Assembly: GCA_051362555.1 (NCBI GenBank)
Contig: CM120641.1
Span: 27,720,401-27,784,400 of the forward strand
DNA: 64,000 nt
Source: Lingula anatina
Taxonomy: Eukaryota > Animalia > Brachiopoda
Direction of reading: 5' to 3'
Position numbers and translations under genes: made by a program. The notes below the pieces were generated by a model. That model saw only the letters and a program-made list of their open reading frames with translations, was not told the origin of the DNA and ran no database searches. Positions 27,733 to 41,715 of the stretch are shown piece by piece (position 1 is the stretch's first letter; every line of letters begins with the position of its first letter).

Positions 27733-27861
27733 ACCCGGGGTTTCAGAGGGCGCTGGGAACACACCATTCTACTGTCAACGTGACTCTGCCGTTTCCAGAC
27801 ACTGCAGGCTCATGCCGGTGGTAGACAGGTAAGTTTACCAGTGCCCTCTGAAAGTCAGGGT
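27733..27861. mobile_element. Short MITE with ~24-bp TIRs
   Basis: ACCCGGGGTTTCAGAGGGCGCTGG pairs with CCAGTGCCCTCTGAAAGTCAGGGT. Confidence 0.7.
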
Positions 27862-30800
27862 GAGGTGATGGAACTAGAAATACAACATGATGGGCATACA
27901 TGTACATGTAGCTTCCCGACAAAGCTATACATTACTCGGGACTACTGTAAGAACGGCACAAGCCATGTTTTATCTATTCTGTGGTATTGCAAATGCATGG
28001 GATTAGGAACAACAGTTGTTATCTACAGCGTGTAGTTTAATTCTATAGGCGGTTAATTTTTATATTGGCTCTCCCAACCTGGTAAAAAGAAATAAAACAA
28101 AGAAACAAAGGTTGAATTTATGACAGAATTTTGCGAGAGTTCGACATACATCTGTATATCAAGAAAGCCTGACATGAGAATAGAATGACGGGAAATTTGT
28201 ACGTTTACCATGTTCATTTTATTATACCTGAGTATGTTACATGGTATGGAATTAAAGAATCGATACTCACAGGTGACATGGGGAACGTAAGTCCCAATAA
28301 ATGATTTTGTCTCGCAAGCTGAATTATACGGTGTGTCAAAAAAGTTAATACGTCCAATGACTAATGATAAAAAACAACAGAATGTATTTTTGCTTAATGG
28401 CTTGGTTCACAACTGGGGGATGCGCCGTAGTAGTTGTGCAATATCATACAAGTTGATTGTTTTGCATCTGCTTATCAGCATGAGATGAAATCTAAATAAA
28501 AGCGAACGCTGAGCTAAGTATTTATTATTTCAGTGTTTCATTTATTTTTCTTTGTGATACGACGCGGAAGTTGCTCAGTTATAACCATCAGGTGAGTATT
28601 ATGCGTGTGCCGAGCTTGGACTTACTCCGAACTCAGACTAACTCCAATGGCGATGCCAATCAATAGAGACAAAATATATTTTTTAAAGATCCGATTCATT
28701 ATTCCTGCGGTTCTTATCCGACCGATGACCGCAGGTTAAATGAATAATTGTTCAGCAGACCCGGTTAAGCACTCGCCTGAGACGGTTTGGCTGATTATCT
28801 CAGTGCATACAGACATAATATTGCATTTTGCCAAAATTTAATTTCTAGTCGTAATGGAAGAAGGCCACATGTGCCCTGCCGTTTGAACCAAACCCCGGCG
28901 CTTTTCTCCTGAAAATGGCGCATTATTAGGTTAAGACAAGTTTTATTGCATACACTTAAAGAGAAATCCGAAAAGCACATAGATAGTATCACATTTGAAT
29001 TTATCCGAAAGAAAAAAAAACATGTTTGTCTGCATATCGTCGACAAAACAGCGTGTTCTTAACCGATTACATGGACGATTACTTGCTTCAAAATTCAATA
29101 AGTGCAGCAGTCAATCTGAAGTCACTCGATCTCGGTGAAGTAAAGTGTTGCAGCCTCGGGCGTTACGCCGTCGTTATTGCGGTGCAGTTAAGGCGGCCTG
29201 TCCTCAGATACAACTACACAGAATGGAAGGCTGGAGCTAAAAATCTTAAAACCCAACTCGGGGATCAGTCCATTTTGCTTTGAATTGAAACTGACACAGT
29301 GAAAGCAATCCTGTTGGCCATGTCTCTAATAATTGCACCGGCCGGGGAAAAAGGAAGCAACTTGTTGAGAATTTCTACATGCAGCTAAGCCCAAGAGGTA
29401 GGCCTAACGGGGCGATTTTTAGCCATTTAATAGATTGCATCGACAAAATTCAAGTGCAATCTGTATAATATGTTTTTTTACTCCAAAAAGACACAAGGAG
29501 GCAAGAAACAGGAGTGACCTCCCGATAAATTGATGTGCAAATTTCTAATGAAGGTAAGTATAATGATGAAGGGCCATAAGCTATTAGAGGATATTGTTTG
29601 ATACAGAATAACCGATTAAGTGGTAAATTTCCATTTTCTGAATTTCATGGGGATCTCAATGTAAAAAGAATATATCAAAATTGTGAATGATACAAGGTGA
29701 AGCTGTTACGAATTACATGTAGTTACTATTGCGTAGTCATTTTGATAAACCGATGAAAACTTTTATTAGTTGTTCGGAACGAAAAAGGTAATACGCTCAG
29801 TTGTCTCAATTAAACAATTCTGTAACTTTGACGGAGACCGCAAATGCGGGTGAGAAAGAGAACCGTGTATTTTTCTTTCAAAACATCCTTATTATGAACT
29901 CAAAACATTACGTACAATCCAACCCAGTTAAAAACACTTAAAGTTTGTTTACCGATTTGATGTTTTGTCTATATTATTTTCAGTAGCTGTTTTTATTCAC
30001 CGATGTAAGATCACAAAAACAATGCTTAGATATACTTGGGTGGGTTACACAATATGACCTTCTCTTACGTCTCTTTCTAAGTGGTATTATAATATGACAG
30101 AGTGCACGTAAGCCAGAGTCAACATAGACCAGGCGTCAGAACCCGAGACACCATAACTGTTCTCTCCCCCTCTCCATGTTTGCACCCAACAGAGTTTCAA
30201 GTATTCGTCTCGATGCTTGTGCACCGCGTTATTTTGGCACGCTTCTTTGCATTTTCCATCAGCCTTCCGGTGTTTTTTGTATTTTCGAAGTCCTGATAGG
30301 GTTGCTTGACGAGATTATTTGAATAAAGGAATTTTACAAAATTCAAGAACCTCTATCCTGCACGTTCCATATTTGTGGTTAGTCTTGGTTGAATTTGAGC
30401 CGCGTTGCTGTTTGCAATCATGTAACATTAGCGCTTCCTTGTTATTGGCTATTTCATTCTTTAGGGCCAAGATAACTTTTTCACTTTTTTCTTTTAATGT
30501 GATTTAAATGATTGCGGTGTGCCTTACAGCCCCTTCACTGTGGGCGAATGCTTTTACTGGTTTGAATAGTCAAATTCTCAAATGAATGGGAACTCAGCTT
30601 GCAGCACAGTGGCGACAGTTACTTATACAGGGACAGCCGGAAAGCGAACACTGGGGTATTGCGTTGATGCACATGTTGAGCAAGTATTTGTACTATTTTC
30701 GACATCAAGAAAAATAACCACACTTTTCTAGCACGGGCATAAATGGGTGAAACAGCACGCATTGTCTTCCGGAACGCAGGTACTACGTCAGAATTTACAG

Positions 30801-33800
30801 ATTGTTTCGACGAACGCCACGGTTACTTCCTGGTAACGCGTTTAGAGCAGAATTCTTTCATTAAGCCTTTCAATAGTTTCTTTTAATTCCTTTTAAATTA
30901 TCTTTTATCCCCAAAGAGACTGTAGGCCTTGGAAACGATATATCTATTCACACGGACACGCCTAATTTCCTCTTCTGTAGTACGAAAAATGAGCTTGCGT
31001 TAATAGGAACTTGCATTCCTTCGTCAATTAGTCCATTGCGAAATGTTGCATTCCATTACTATAGATTTTATTTTTCGTACACTGTGACTTGCAAGACGAT
31101 GTGAAGCTCTTAGCCTCTACAAAATGTGACGAAGAGTTTTCAACTCTATGAATTAAAAAAAAAACTTAAATCAGCGTTACTACCAATGTTGTCATTTTGA
31201 GAATGCAATTTCTAAAGAATAAATGTCCATATATTATCCTGATTAAACCGGTGAAAATAACTCCCTCGGAGTTTTTTAATAAGAACCATCAGAGACGCCG
31301 GCTGCGCGTCTGTGTCTCGCAGAGAATACGTCTCATGGATGAAAATCCGTGAAGAATATCGATGCAAATTCGACATGGCAACCTGGCATGACAGATTGGA
31401 TATTAGGCATAAGACTCTGGTCCCGTGAATCGTAATTGTATGATTTTTTTCATCTGAAGTGTTCATTTAAGGCTGTTAATATCTGCTTTATGTCTCCTCC
31501 TTCCTAGTGCACCACAAACTTTCATAATCCCATTCACAACAAGAAAGAAGGGAACAAAGAATATTGGTTGTTCGATATTTGGCCAAACAAGGCCGCATTT
31601 ATTATACAACCCCACTAGCTTTAATTCGGGGAAACTTGCCTCGATTGCATTCAACCCATCCCTGGTTCACATTATGGCTAAGCAGTCCTCCATCACCGAT
31701 TGTAATCAACTTCCATAATAACAAAGCCTGTTCACATAATATGAGCCCAGCAGGGTAGGCAAGTTAGGATGCACTCTGGAGTTCGTTGCTGTGAAAATGC
31801 ACCGTGCGAAGCGGGGTCACAAACAGTGTACGTTGCCATCATTCTCAAAATCGTGCCCACGTACAAGCTAGATAATACGTACGCTGCTTTATTAAGAGGT
31901 ATACTAGTAGTAGCATGTCTGTTATTGTAGGTAATAGCCTTGTTTCTTTTTTCTAATCGAAAATCATGCTGACTAACCAAAGAAATGAAGTGGATAATTT
32001 TGATATGCGGCATGATAGTAAACAATAATAACGGAGCTATTCAATAGGTTGAAGTAAAGCTGTAGCCGATATTCCCAAACTTGCTTCTTAAAATTGGGTA
32101 AAAGGGCGACGAAATGATGCAGCTCAAGTACATACCCCGTTACTATAATTTTTTTCTGAAACAATAACTTCTAACAACCACAGCGTCATATGTATGCTGA
32201 TCTTAATGCTGATCTTGCCTCCAAGCTACTATTGGCTCACAATTTTTAAAGGAAAAAGGTTCATCTGTTAGGGACCAAAGAGGATGTACATTTATTCCTT
32301 TTACTTTTTTGCATATTAATCATTATTTATATCATATGTGCCACTATAAGAACGAAACCCGCGCAATTGCAAAAGTAATACACGTGCATCTCGTCTCTTT
32401 GAGCGCACGCAAAAGTAAATGATTAAAATTCGCAAAACCACAAATGGACACTTCGGTAACTGCCACTTAAATGGCAAGAGGTAAACAGTTTATTTCACTT
32501 AGATGCTTGCCCTAATCAGCACACGCCTAAGCCTGCTTTGCCAATAACCCGAACAAATTACGATCTGTCACGCTTGAACGATCATGAAATTTCAATAAAC
32601 CCAGTGATCAGATATATGTCAAACGCACATCGATACGAGCAGATATTTACTTTTTAACCACGCTAATCTTTGATATTCCATTTAGGAACATTGTAGGAAC
32701 ACGCAATTTGACAGGATATCTCGATATTTGGAAATGCTGTATAGACACGTTCGAAAGTTATTGATGAAAATGGTTAAATGCACATGAAAAAGCAAAAAGA
32801 AAAAAAAAGCTTAAAGTTTTACTATAAGATGTGTATCAGGCTTTGGCAACTTTAAATTAAAAATGTGCTTGTGTTGCACTTGCAACCTTTTACGGTGTCT
32901 TGGGATGCTTCATGACTCATAAACAAGTGTGCTGTATATGTCCACCAGATACTAGCTGATTGATGGCATAAATTACATGCAAAATTCTCACTTCATAGAA
33001 AAAAAAACTGTCAAGTATTAGCCAGAGACATGTTTGTGGTCATCTAACGAAAAATCATTTTGTGGTGTCGCTGGAGGGTAGAAAACGTCCATGGTTCATA
33101 AACAAGTTGTTTGTGAGACAAAAATACAATCACGTATTTACACGCGCATTCGCCGAGATGTGAACATTCTCCTCTATTCTTATTTTACTCATCCCGGGTT
33201 TAAAAGATATCGAAAATTCTCTTTTGGGACTTGTTTCATATGAAATATTCCAATCAAATGAAATTTTGTACCCCTTTCATTACAGGAAAAACATATGTTA
33301 GTCTGTATCTAAAGTTTCAGACTAACGCTCACTTTATCTATTTGAACTACTGTGGATTTATCTTGAAATAAAGAAGACTAAATTTGAGATCTAAAACTGG
33401 GACCGTTTCCCGTCTATAAAATGTTTTGGAAAACTGGTGTAACGAAACTGAGGGTCCGTGTAACAGAAAGTGCCCTCCATATAGTTATAATGGTTAGGGT
33501 TAGCCTGACCTAAGTAGGTCAAAATCTAGGGCGAGGCTCACCTGTACAAATAAATGGGAAGCGGACTCTCTGTTATGGGGGGCTCTCTGTCACATTACAC
33601 CGGTCCCTGCTGATAACTGGAATGAGGTGAAGGTCTATTAAACCCAGAAAATAAGGGATGCTTTTTATCGAATTGGTAACGCTTCTATGTGTGGTCGGAC
33701 TAACACGTGTTAGCTATTGAATTGTCGCTCTAATCACCTCTTCTCTTACCTCATGATATTATAGGAATGCGTCATGATGCATGGTAATAAACGAGTTTAT

Positions 33801-36118
33801 CCTTTGTTTGGTGCTGTTGTCAGAGATCGCCATACCTGGATGTCTGAGGAAATGGCATGAAATCGTAGCAACTCCATCTGGTTGAGCCAATTACCAGGAC
33901 TCATAACGGTTCAGTAATTCTAGATAAGTCATTGCGCATCCTTGTCATAATCGTGACAGCGTGACCTTGATATAAAGCTGACTGAAATATCTACTCCAGC
34001 GATTGCACGTACAAAGATGCTATTAAATTTCTGAGCATAAGAGGAAAATTTGATTCCATCACAGTCCAACATATATGTTAAGGGCACAAAAATAAATAAA
34101 TAAATGAATACCGTGATTCCAAAAATATCAGTCATTATTGCGTTTCCATAACAAAGCGTGAAGGTGTGCGTTTGAAAAATCTAACTTAAAAAGATTGTCA
34201 AGTTTCAACAGTGAAATTTAGGGTGACACCAACGACATCGATATTTTATTTAAATTTCTCCATGTGTTAAACTGATAAGTACGAATTTCAGAAATGTATC
34301 ATTTTAATAAAACGTATATAGCGTTTCATACAAGTGCAGTTGTACAGAACGTCGTTTGTCAACTGACATTTTGGTGGGTGAAAAATTAAGGAATTTGGTA
34401 CATTAAAAATCTGGTATCCGATTAGTTTTTTTTCCATTTTTTGTCTATATCCTCGTATAATCAGTATTCATACAATTAATCATCATAGTACCATGCTGCC
34501 TACAAAGTAATGCCGAAAAGAAATACGTCGTATAAAGAAAATAAGACAGATTATGTGGTAATGAAAAACAGAGATCGTGAGCACATGAGCTAATTATTTG
34601 CAACACGAAACCATCGATCTTTATCTACAATAAATCAAAATGACTCCGTGTTTTTAAATTCCGTTTACCCTTATAAAACAGAAACCAATCAAAAGAACCC
34701 AAATTTCTTTTACAGTTTGAGTCATGGAGCTCTGCCAGCGAACAAAGAGAATTTTGAAGCAGTTTGTGTGAGATCTGAGTGGGCCAAATGGCGGGCAGTG
34801 ATCGTATCTGTTAACCATATGATTTGTAATTCAAGATCAAACCCAAATTGATTTAAGGTTTGATGAAATATTGCTCAAATAGGCCGACCTTTTCCGGTTA
34901 TATTGGGTACGGCGTAAGGCCTGCATGTTCAGAACATCACTTACTACCATTATCAGCATGTGTGTGTTTTCTTAAGTTCAAACTAAATTTATGCACTCGG
35001 ATACTTTGCGGAAACTTAATGGGTCGAACATAAAGCCATGTTTACTCTGTTGCACCTATCGGTAAACTAGTACTAAATACTTCCGCGAAAATCCCGCGGC
35101 GCAAACTTCTGTCGACCATAAAGTGAATTTCTGCAGAGTTTGCAATTATCTAAAGTTGCCTTTTTATCAGATCATCTCTTGTTTGTCGGTTTCTTCAAAC
35201 GACTCTGCAAGAGCTTCCTCAGGGCTTCGTGCCATCTACACGGTTATGCGTCTTAAGCGTAAAAAAAGTGGTGTTAAAACGTAATTATGGATTCGGCCGT
35301 CAAAATTGCTCTAAATACGTGGATTGCAACAGATGAGGTGCATCATCAGCCTTTCTTTCGCATAATTGTACCAGATCCACATCTGTTGCTACGTACTATC
35401 TGATGAATTTTGAAATAACCATAGGCGTAACCACGTAATTTTTTCTAATTCAAATTGAATGCTTCTTTTAATGTGATATAACTTATTACAGGAAACGTAA
35501 TAGACAAAGGGGTGCTTCGAATGATACTCTCATTTAAGTAAGGGATCTGGTTTACTTGATTTTTACATGGTTTCCCATCCCATGAGTCAAGCATGCGTAG
35601 TGTGTCCCACGAACAAGGTTGCTTCTTTGCTAAGTGTCCCTGTATACAAATCTGACCAAAAATGTATTACCATGGTAACATGAGAATACATTTTTGATCT
35701 CACTGATGCCGATCTGCTCCAATCGTAATTGATTTTATAGTAGATTTTTGAAATTTGTCTACAAGAATAACTGTAGTATAGGTTTTGATAAGACGGTGGG
35801 TCTATTAGCCACCGTAGGCTTGAGCACTTACGTTGCCACCTAAGAAGAAAAACAATCATTTGCCCGCAAGTTACAGAATCATGGCTATTTTTTGTTTTAT
35901 GTTGTTTTGCGATAATAGCCTATAATTTCCTTTTGCTTTCAGATAGCTTCATTAGTATCTACCCTATACCTCCTTTCAACCATCTCATTAATCTTGAGAC
36001 ACATTGTTATACGCCCCATTTCCCCCTGAACTCTCTTTCTAAATATGGCAGGAGCGCCATGAAAAATGCTCGTTAACAGTTTTTTAATGAAAAAAATATA
36101 TTTCTCGATGGCGGCAGA

Positions 36119-36127
36119 GTATAAAGC
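36119..36127 (+). promoter_or_regulatory. Candidate TATA box upstream of a putative non-coding first exon of the receptor gene
   Basis: GTATAAAG in a CpG-containing context about 0.5 kb upstream of the coding exon's acceptor; unverified. Confidence 0.3.
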
Positions 36128-36643
36128 GCGTGACATTTTGCTGAAGAGCTTGCCGTCTGGAACCGAAGGTCAGAGTTGTTCTAGAGACGATTGCTTGGCA
36201 CTTGGAATGATAACCACAAGAAATTAAGACGGACACATAAAGTTACATTCATCAGGGATATTCGTTCCAAAGACGGTATCAGAATTGTGTATGAGATAGG
36301 AGCGTTTGGAAGTCATTGGGGAATGGTCTTTTCTCATTGATAGAGATTTCTCGGAAAATTATATGTCCAATCGCATGTAGTATCTGATGTTTTAATTTTT
36401 CACTCTGAGTCAAACATTTGCCAGGACAAAGTGAATTATTTCAGGGTAAATGACTCTTAGGGAGCGTTCAAATTGGTACATTTTGGTTTTATTTTTGCTT
36501 TTCAAATTGAAAACGGTTTCGTTTTAATGGGATGTTTACAAAAATGAAGCACTGATTGTACTAATTATACACTTTTTATCTTCCATAGCACCAATCTACT
36601 CGAGCCTTCTTCCAAATTGCATCTGAGCTCTCTGAAGACAAAG

Positions 36644-38278
36644 ATGGATACTATAACTACAACGACTTTTCTTACATCCAACGCGGGCCAAGAGGGTGCT
36701 GCGCTATTACCAACTGTCAAGGAACCTGTTGCAGCGCCAATTTTGAACATTACTTCTCTGAATGCGACGAATTGCAGCGTACCGGTTCGAGTAGAATGGC
36801 TCGTCAGAACGGAAATTGGCGTCCTCGGTGCTGTGTTTTTTATGGCCATATTTGGGAATGTGTGCGTTCTGGTGGCGCTGTACCTGTACAAGAAGAAACT
36901 CTCTCGCATGCATTACTTTATCATGCATCTGAGTATTTCTGATCTCTTGGTGGCCGTGTGGAACATACTGCCCCAATTGGCGACGGACATTACATTCAGG
37001 TTCCAAGTCAGTAATGACGGCCTTTGTCGAATTGTCAAGTACTTTCAAGTGTTTGTGCTATATTTGTCGTGTTACGTCTTGGTGATGACCGGGGTGGACA
37101 GATACTACGCCATTTGCCATCCTCTGTCTAACTACGCTTGGAGCACAAGAAAGGTTAACACTATGATAGGCATTGCGTGGGGACTGGCAGCTTTAGTCAG
37201 TACTCCACAATTAGCCCTGTTCAGTTATAGGGAGGTCTCCCCGTATGGTTGTGGAATATACGACTGTACTCACATCTACGAATTTCTCCCACCATGGGTG
37301 CTAAAGGCGTACATAACCACATTTGCCATTCTACTCTTTTTTATCCCCTTGGTTATTCTGATATTTGTATACGGACGTATTTGCTGGGAGGTATGGGGAA
37401 ACCCTTCAGGAAGACTCAGCACCGGCAGCAGGAACTCTGGCACTGCAGCTGTGACATTTAATTGTCCTTCTTCGATTCCTTCGGGGAATGAGGATGATGA
37501 TACAACCACCCCTAGAGCACACGGCAGAACGAGGCTATCTCGGGCCAAGGTCAAAACGATTAAATTAACTTTTACCATTATCATCGCCTATGTTGCCTGC
37601 TGGACACCATTTTTTGTAATTCAGTTATGGTGGTTGTATGATGAAACAGCGCCTGAGGGAGGTATTGCATTTTCACCCAAATGATTATTTAGGTTTTACT
37701 TTTATTTAATTTGTTTAGTTATTTATAAAATGGTGTTATTCGTCGATATTCCCTGGTAAAGGCATAACATAGCTTATTGAGTTTAAATCAAATAAGGGTG
37801 TATAATCATAATAAGTTATTTAGTGTCTGCAATCGTGCCAAGTCTACATGTTTAATAATTTTTGGTGTTTTTACACTTTAATATCCCCTCAAAATCAGGA
37901 CATAACGACATGCGTCTTTTTCCAGATGCTGCTTTCGTGGTAATCATCCTATTAGCTAGCTTGAACAGCTGCTGCAATCCATGGATTTATTTGATATTTA
38001 ATAGTAATCTTATTCGACAAATCCTGCCTTGTCCGTCGAAAAGCTCCCAGCGCGCGAGCTCTCACAACTGCAACCGAACCGCCGCTGACGCGGGCTTTCA
38101 CCCGCTGCCTACTTCAAGTTACGGGCAGTCTTCTCGGAGGACTCGCTTCGACAGTCGGTCGTCCAGTCTCACTTCAATGTCAGTGCTGACAAAGACCAAA
38201 GTCGTCATGGACACGGACATCACTGGACTTAAACTGGGGGTCGCGAAAAAAAGCTCCAACAGCGTCTCCGGGGTGTGA
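36644..38278 (+). CDS. Vasopressin/oxytocin-family (conopressin/cephalotocin-type) peptide receptor, class A GPCR, 456 aa, 2 coding exons
   Basis: Exons 36644-37661 and 37926-38278 (phase-1 GT-AG intron in ECL3, the position typical of this family). Motifs: GN in TM1, SRMHYFIMHLSISDL, ILPQL..DITFRF, CRIVKYFQV, DRYYAICHP, SRAKVKTIKLT, CWTPFFVIQ, LLASLNSCCNPWIY. An upstream AG acceptor near 36587 implies a non-coding 5' exon. Confidence 0.95.
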
Positions 38279-39089
38279 CTGGAGGATTTCGAAGGGTTAG
38301 ACTGACGCGTCAGTGGTGTGAATTGGTCCCTTTTTTTCATTAGTATGAACTTTACAAGCTCCAACTTTTAAATTAATTCTACGGCTGTATGCCTTATCTG
38401 TATGTCAGCTCCATCACTCAAACAGCGCACTCTTGATAGTGAGGAAAATGGACTTTTTCATTAACGTACATGGATTTTGAAAGGATTCCAAGTATTTCAT
38501 AGAATATTACTGTGAAAAGGACAATGTCGCATTTGTTTGATGAACTATATATGTCTCAACCATACAAATTATCTTTGATTTGCATTATGTAACTAATATA
38601 TTTATCGTTTTGTCGTAAAATGCGGTTTATAGTGCTTGTGCCGGTATTTTCTTTATCAAGAGCAAAGAACTTAGTGGAGCGGAACAAGCATTATTTACTC
38701 CTTATATTAAGTTAATTTCCTTCATAAGCGTTGAATGTATAACATATTAACAGTAGGCACGAACTTTTTTGTTTGCATTGAAACAAAATAAATGTCAACA
38801 ATTTGTAGTTTCTACATTTTGATTAGTTTCGACTATTCCGGTGTCGGACCACCGCTGCGGATAAAATTGCTAAGCTTAACATCTCAAATTAAATATGAAT
38901 ATCACAGTCAAAGATTGGCATCCAGTTGTATTCCAAATCTACCCAAACGAGATTGAGATTGGAGTTCCGACTGGGGAATATTGAAATGGAAAAGACCTTA
39001 CTGCTTTTCTATTAGTTCTAGATAGTGTAAATATGTATGCTCGTGCCAGTTTCCAACTGATTTTTAAGGTTTACGTTATTTCATCAACA

Positions 39090-41715
39090 AGACTGGGTTC
39101 CCATACCTAGATCAATCTAACAGGATCGATCCATCTCCGAGGAGTTTCTCGCTAATTTGCTTTCAGCTTAAGCGGCTTAGATGTCTGGCACGCCTACTGA
39201 AGCTGCTAAACGATAATTAATTACCCTCTAGCAGCTTCAGTAGGCGTCGCAGACATCTAAGACGCTTAAGTTGATTGCAATTTAGCGAGAATCCCCTCGG
39301 AGAAAGATCGATCCACAGTTAGTACGATAGGGTCTGGGCATGGTCCCTAAAATGCCCATAGAAGAATTTCTAAAGAATCTTTAAAACAAACTTTTGCTGT
39401 TCAGAGAAGAATTTCATCAGCTGTGTTATGTTATAAGAATAAAGTAATTTTTTTTCAGTCAACAGCTTAATATTGGAATAGTTTTTAGCTGCAATATTTC
39501 AATGTCTAGCAGAACATCTTCATCAGGGAATGTGGCTATCCAGGTACCTTTCCTAAGACAATAGGTGTGTGTGTGTGGGTGGGGCAAGTATATCGCCTAA
39601 ATAGAGGCTAGTAATAAGAACGTCCAACTACTGAGAAAGTAATCAGAGATACAGTTCTGGACACTAAACTTTACAGATATGCAATTGGGTAATTTGTATA
39701 TTTTCTTTTTAATTTAACCTTGACGAAACTCAGATCGCAATTTCGCCTTGGTGAGTTAGAACCTACCTTGATTTCAAACAACTTTGAAACGCACGCATGC
39801 ATAAAAGACATTTTTAATGTGCGTAAACCTCAAAATGTCTATAATCATTTGATCACAAACCTGAATGATTGCACTTCGCAAAAGTTTTGCATTTTAGACT
39901 GGGTTCCCATGCGTAGATCGATCCATCTGGATTGGTCAAACTCCCTGGGGAGTCTTACTAAATTGCTATCAACTTAACCGGTTTAAATGTCTGTCACGCC
40001 TACCGAATCGGCCCTTAGTCACGACCAGGATCTTTGACGTGCTCTTCGAATTAAATCGTCTAAAATGGAATGCCTCATAACCACTTGTAATATCATGAAA
40101 TGTGCACTGTAAATCAAAAACATTGTAATGAGTACCGAGAGTCCTTTCTTAATATGTACTTCATCTGTCTACTAGCTTCTTCGGTCTGTATTGCTGTCCC
40201 TGGCAAATTCTCCATTTTTTATACAAAATGTTCCCAACTTCACTTGTAAACCAAACAATGTATTGAGCATTTACTATGACTGCATTCCCATAGATTTAGA
40301 TCGATCCATCTGGATCGACCTAACTCCCTGGGGTTCACGCTAAATTGCTGTCAGCCGAGCGCGCACTACAGTTAATACCCCCTTTTAGTAGGCGGGACAG
40401 GCATTTAAGCCGGTTAAGCTGACACCAATCTAGTGAGACTCCCCAGGGAGATAGATCGATCTAAAATCTGTGCGAATGCAGTCTATGACATTGAAATTTG
40501 TATTAGAGACCATTCCCAGAGACTATCGTACTAACTTTAGATCGACCAAGGGGACTCTCACTTAATTGCAATTAACTTGAACGGCTTAGATGTCTGTCAC
40601 ATCCACTGAAGCTGATAGGGGGTAATTAACTATCGTTTAGCAGCTTAAGTAGGCGTCCCGGACATCTAAGCCACTTAAGATGAAAGCAATTTAGCGAGAA
40701 ACCTCATGGAGATGGTCCCACCCTGTTAGACCGATCTAGGGACAGGAACCCAGTCTAAGTGTCAGAAAAACTAATAAAAACGGCATGAAAATAATTGATC
40801 TGGAAGCACCCCCTTCCCCGAGTCCCTTTCCTGTATAAGATGCCAGATTTATTTTCAACAACACGTGGATTTTCATTAAATCAAAAATGACCGTGTCCTT
40901 TTCTCAAACTGAATAACCGAAGGCAGTTTATTGATGAAAAGAGCAATGCGCCTTGAAAACTGAACTTTCTTGGAACATCATTTTAGATTTGCACCCCTGA
41001 CTTGACCTTATATACCGAACGAGTGAGGGATTCAAGATAACGAAGAAGGGCGTTTCAGTGAACGCTGGCATTTATCTTAAAGATAGACCAGCGTAGCGTG
41101 CGAGGGTGGTTATATTTCACGGTCAATTTAAATACTCATTCCACTGTTTTTAAACTCCATTAAACACTGTTTCAAACTCCTTAATTTCCACTCCGATGCC
41201 TAGGTAAAGGAATGCTAATTTATGTCAACAAAGAACCATGCGGTTTTATTTAGGACTGAAGTTAAAAACCTTAAAACATGGAATGGTAGACATACTTAAA
41301 TGCAATCAAATCAAATGTTGAGATTCAGCGTTAAGTTGCCCTTACAATCGGTAATGAAGCCATTGCAAAACGTTAAAGAAGCGGCAAACTAATTAAAAAC
41401 TGTTGCTAATGGCATACATCCTTTAGATTCATTTTATTAAGTTATGCTTTCCACCCGTTTCCAGTATCGACAGAGGCAAGTGTATTCTAAGACTGGGTTC
41501 CTATGCCTAGATCGAACCATCTGGATCGACCTAACTCCCTGGGGGTTCACGCTAAATTGCTTTCAGCTTAAGAGGCTTAAATGTCTGTCACGCCTATCGA
41601 ATCAGCTAGGGGGGTAATTAACTTTCTTGCATGCTCGGCCTTGCCCATAGCAGATAGCAATTTAGAGAGCTCCCCGTGGAGATACATCGATCCAAATATC
41701 TGTGGGAGTGGTCCC
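39090..41715. mobile_element. Cluster of ~250-bp palindromic PIF/Harbinger-type MITEs: 39090-39347, 39896-40010 (partial), 40277-40484, 40506-40756, 41490-41715
   Basis: Shared ends AGACTGGGTTCCCAT and GGGA(A/G)TGGTCCC, often flanked by TAA/TTA; conserved internal GATCGATC, GCTAAATTGC..TCAGCTTAA..GGCTTAAATGTCTGTCACGCCTA and its reverse complement. Confidence 0.85.

Noticed and set aside
27725-27861. Interleaved stems suggesting a pseudoknot or HDV-like ribozyme
   Set aside because: The long stem is explained by MITE TIRs; the 8-bp second stem can arise by chance and no catalytic core is evident.
36565-38364. Antisense and alternate-frame ORFs over the GPCR
   Set aside because: Shadows of the real coding exons; no independent motifs.
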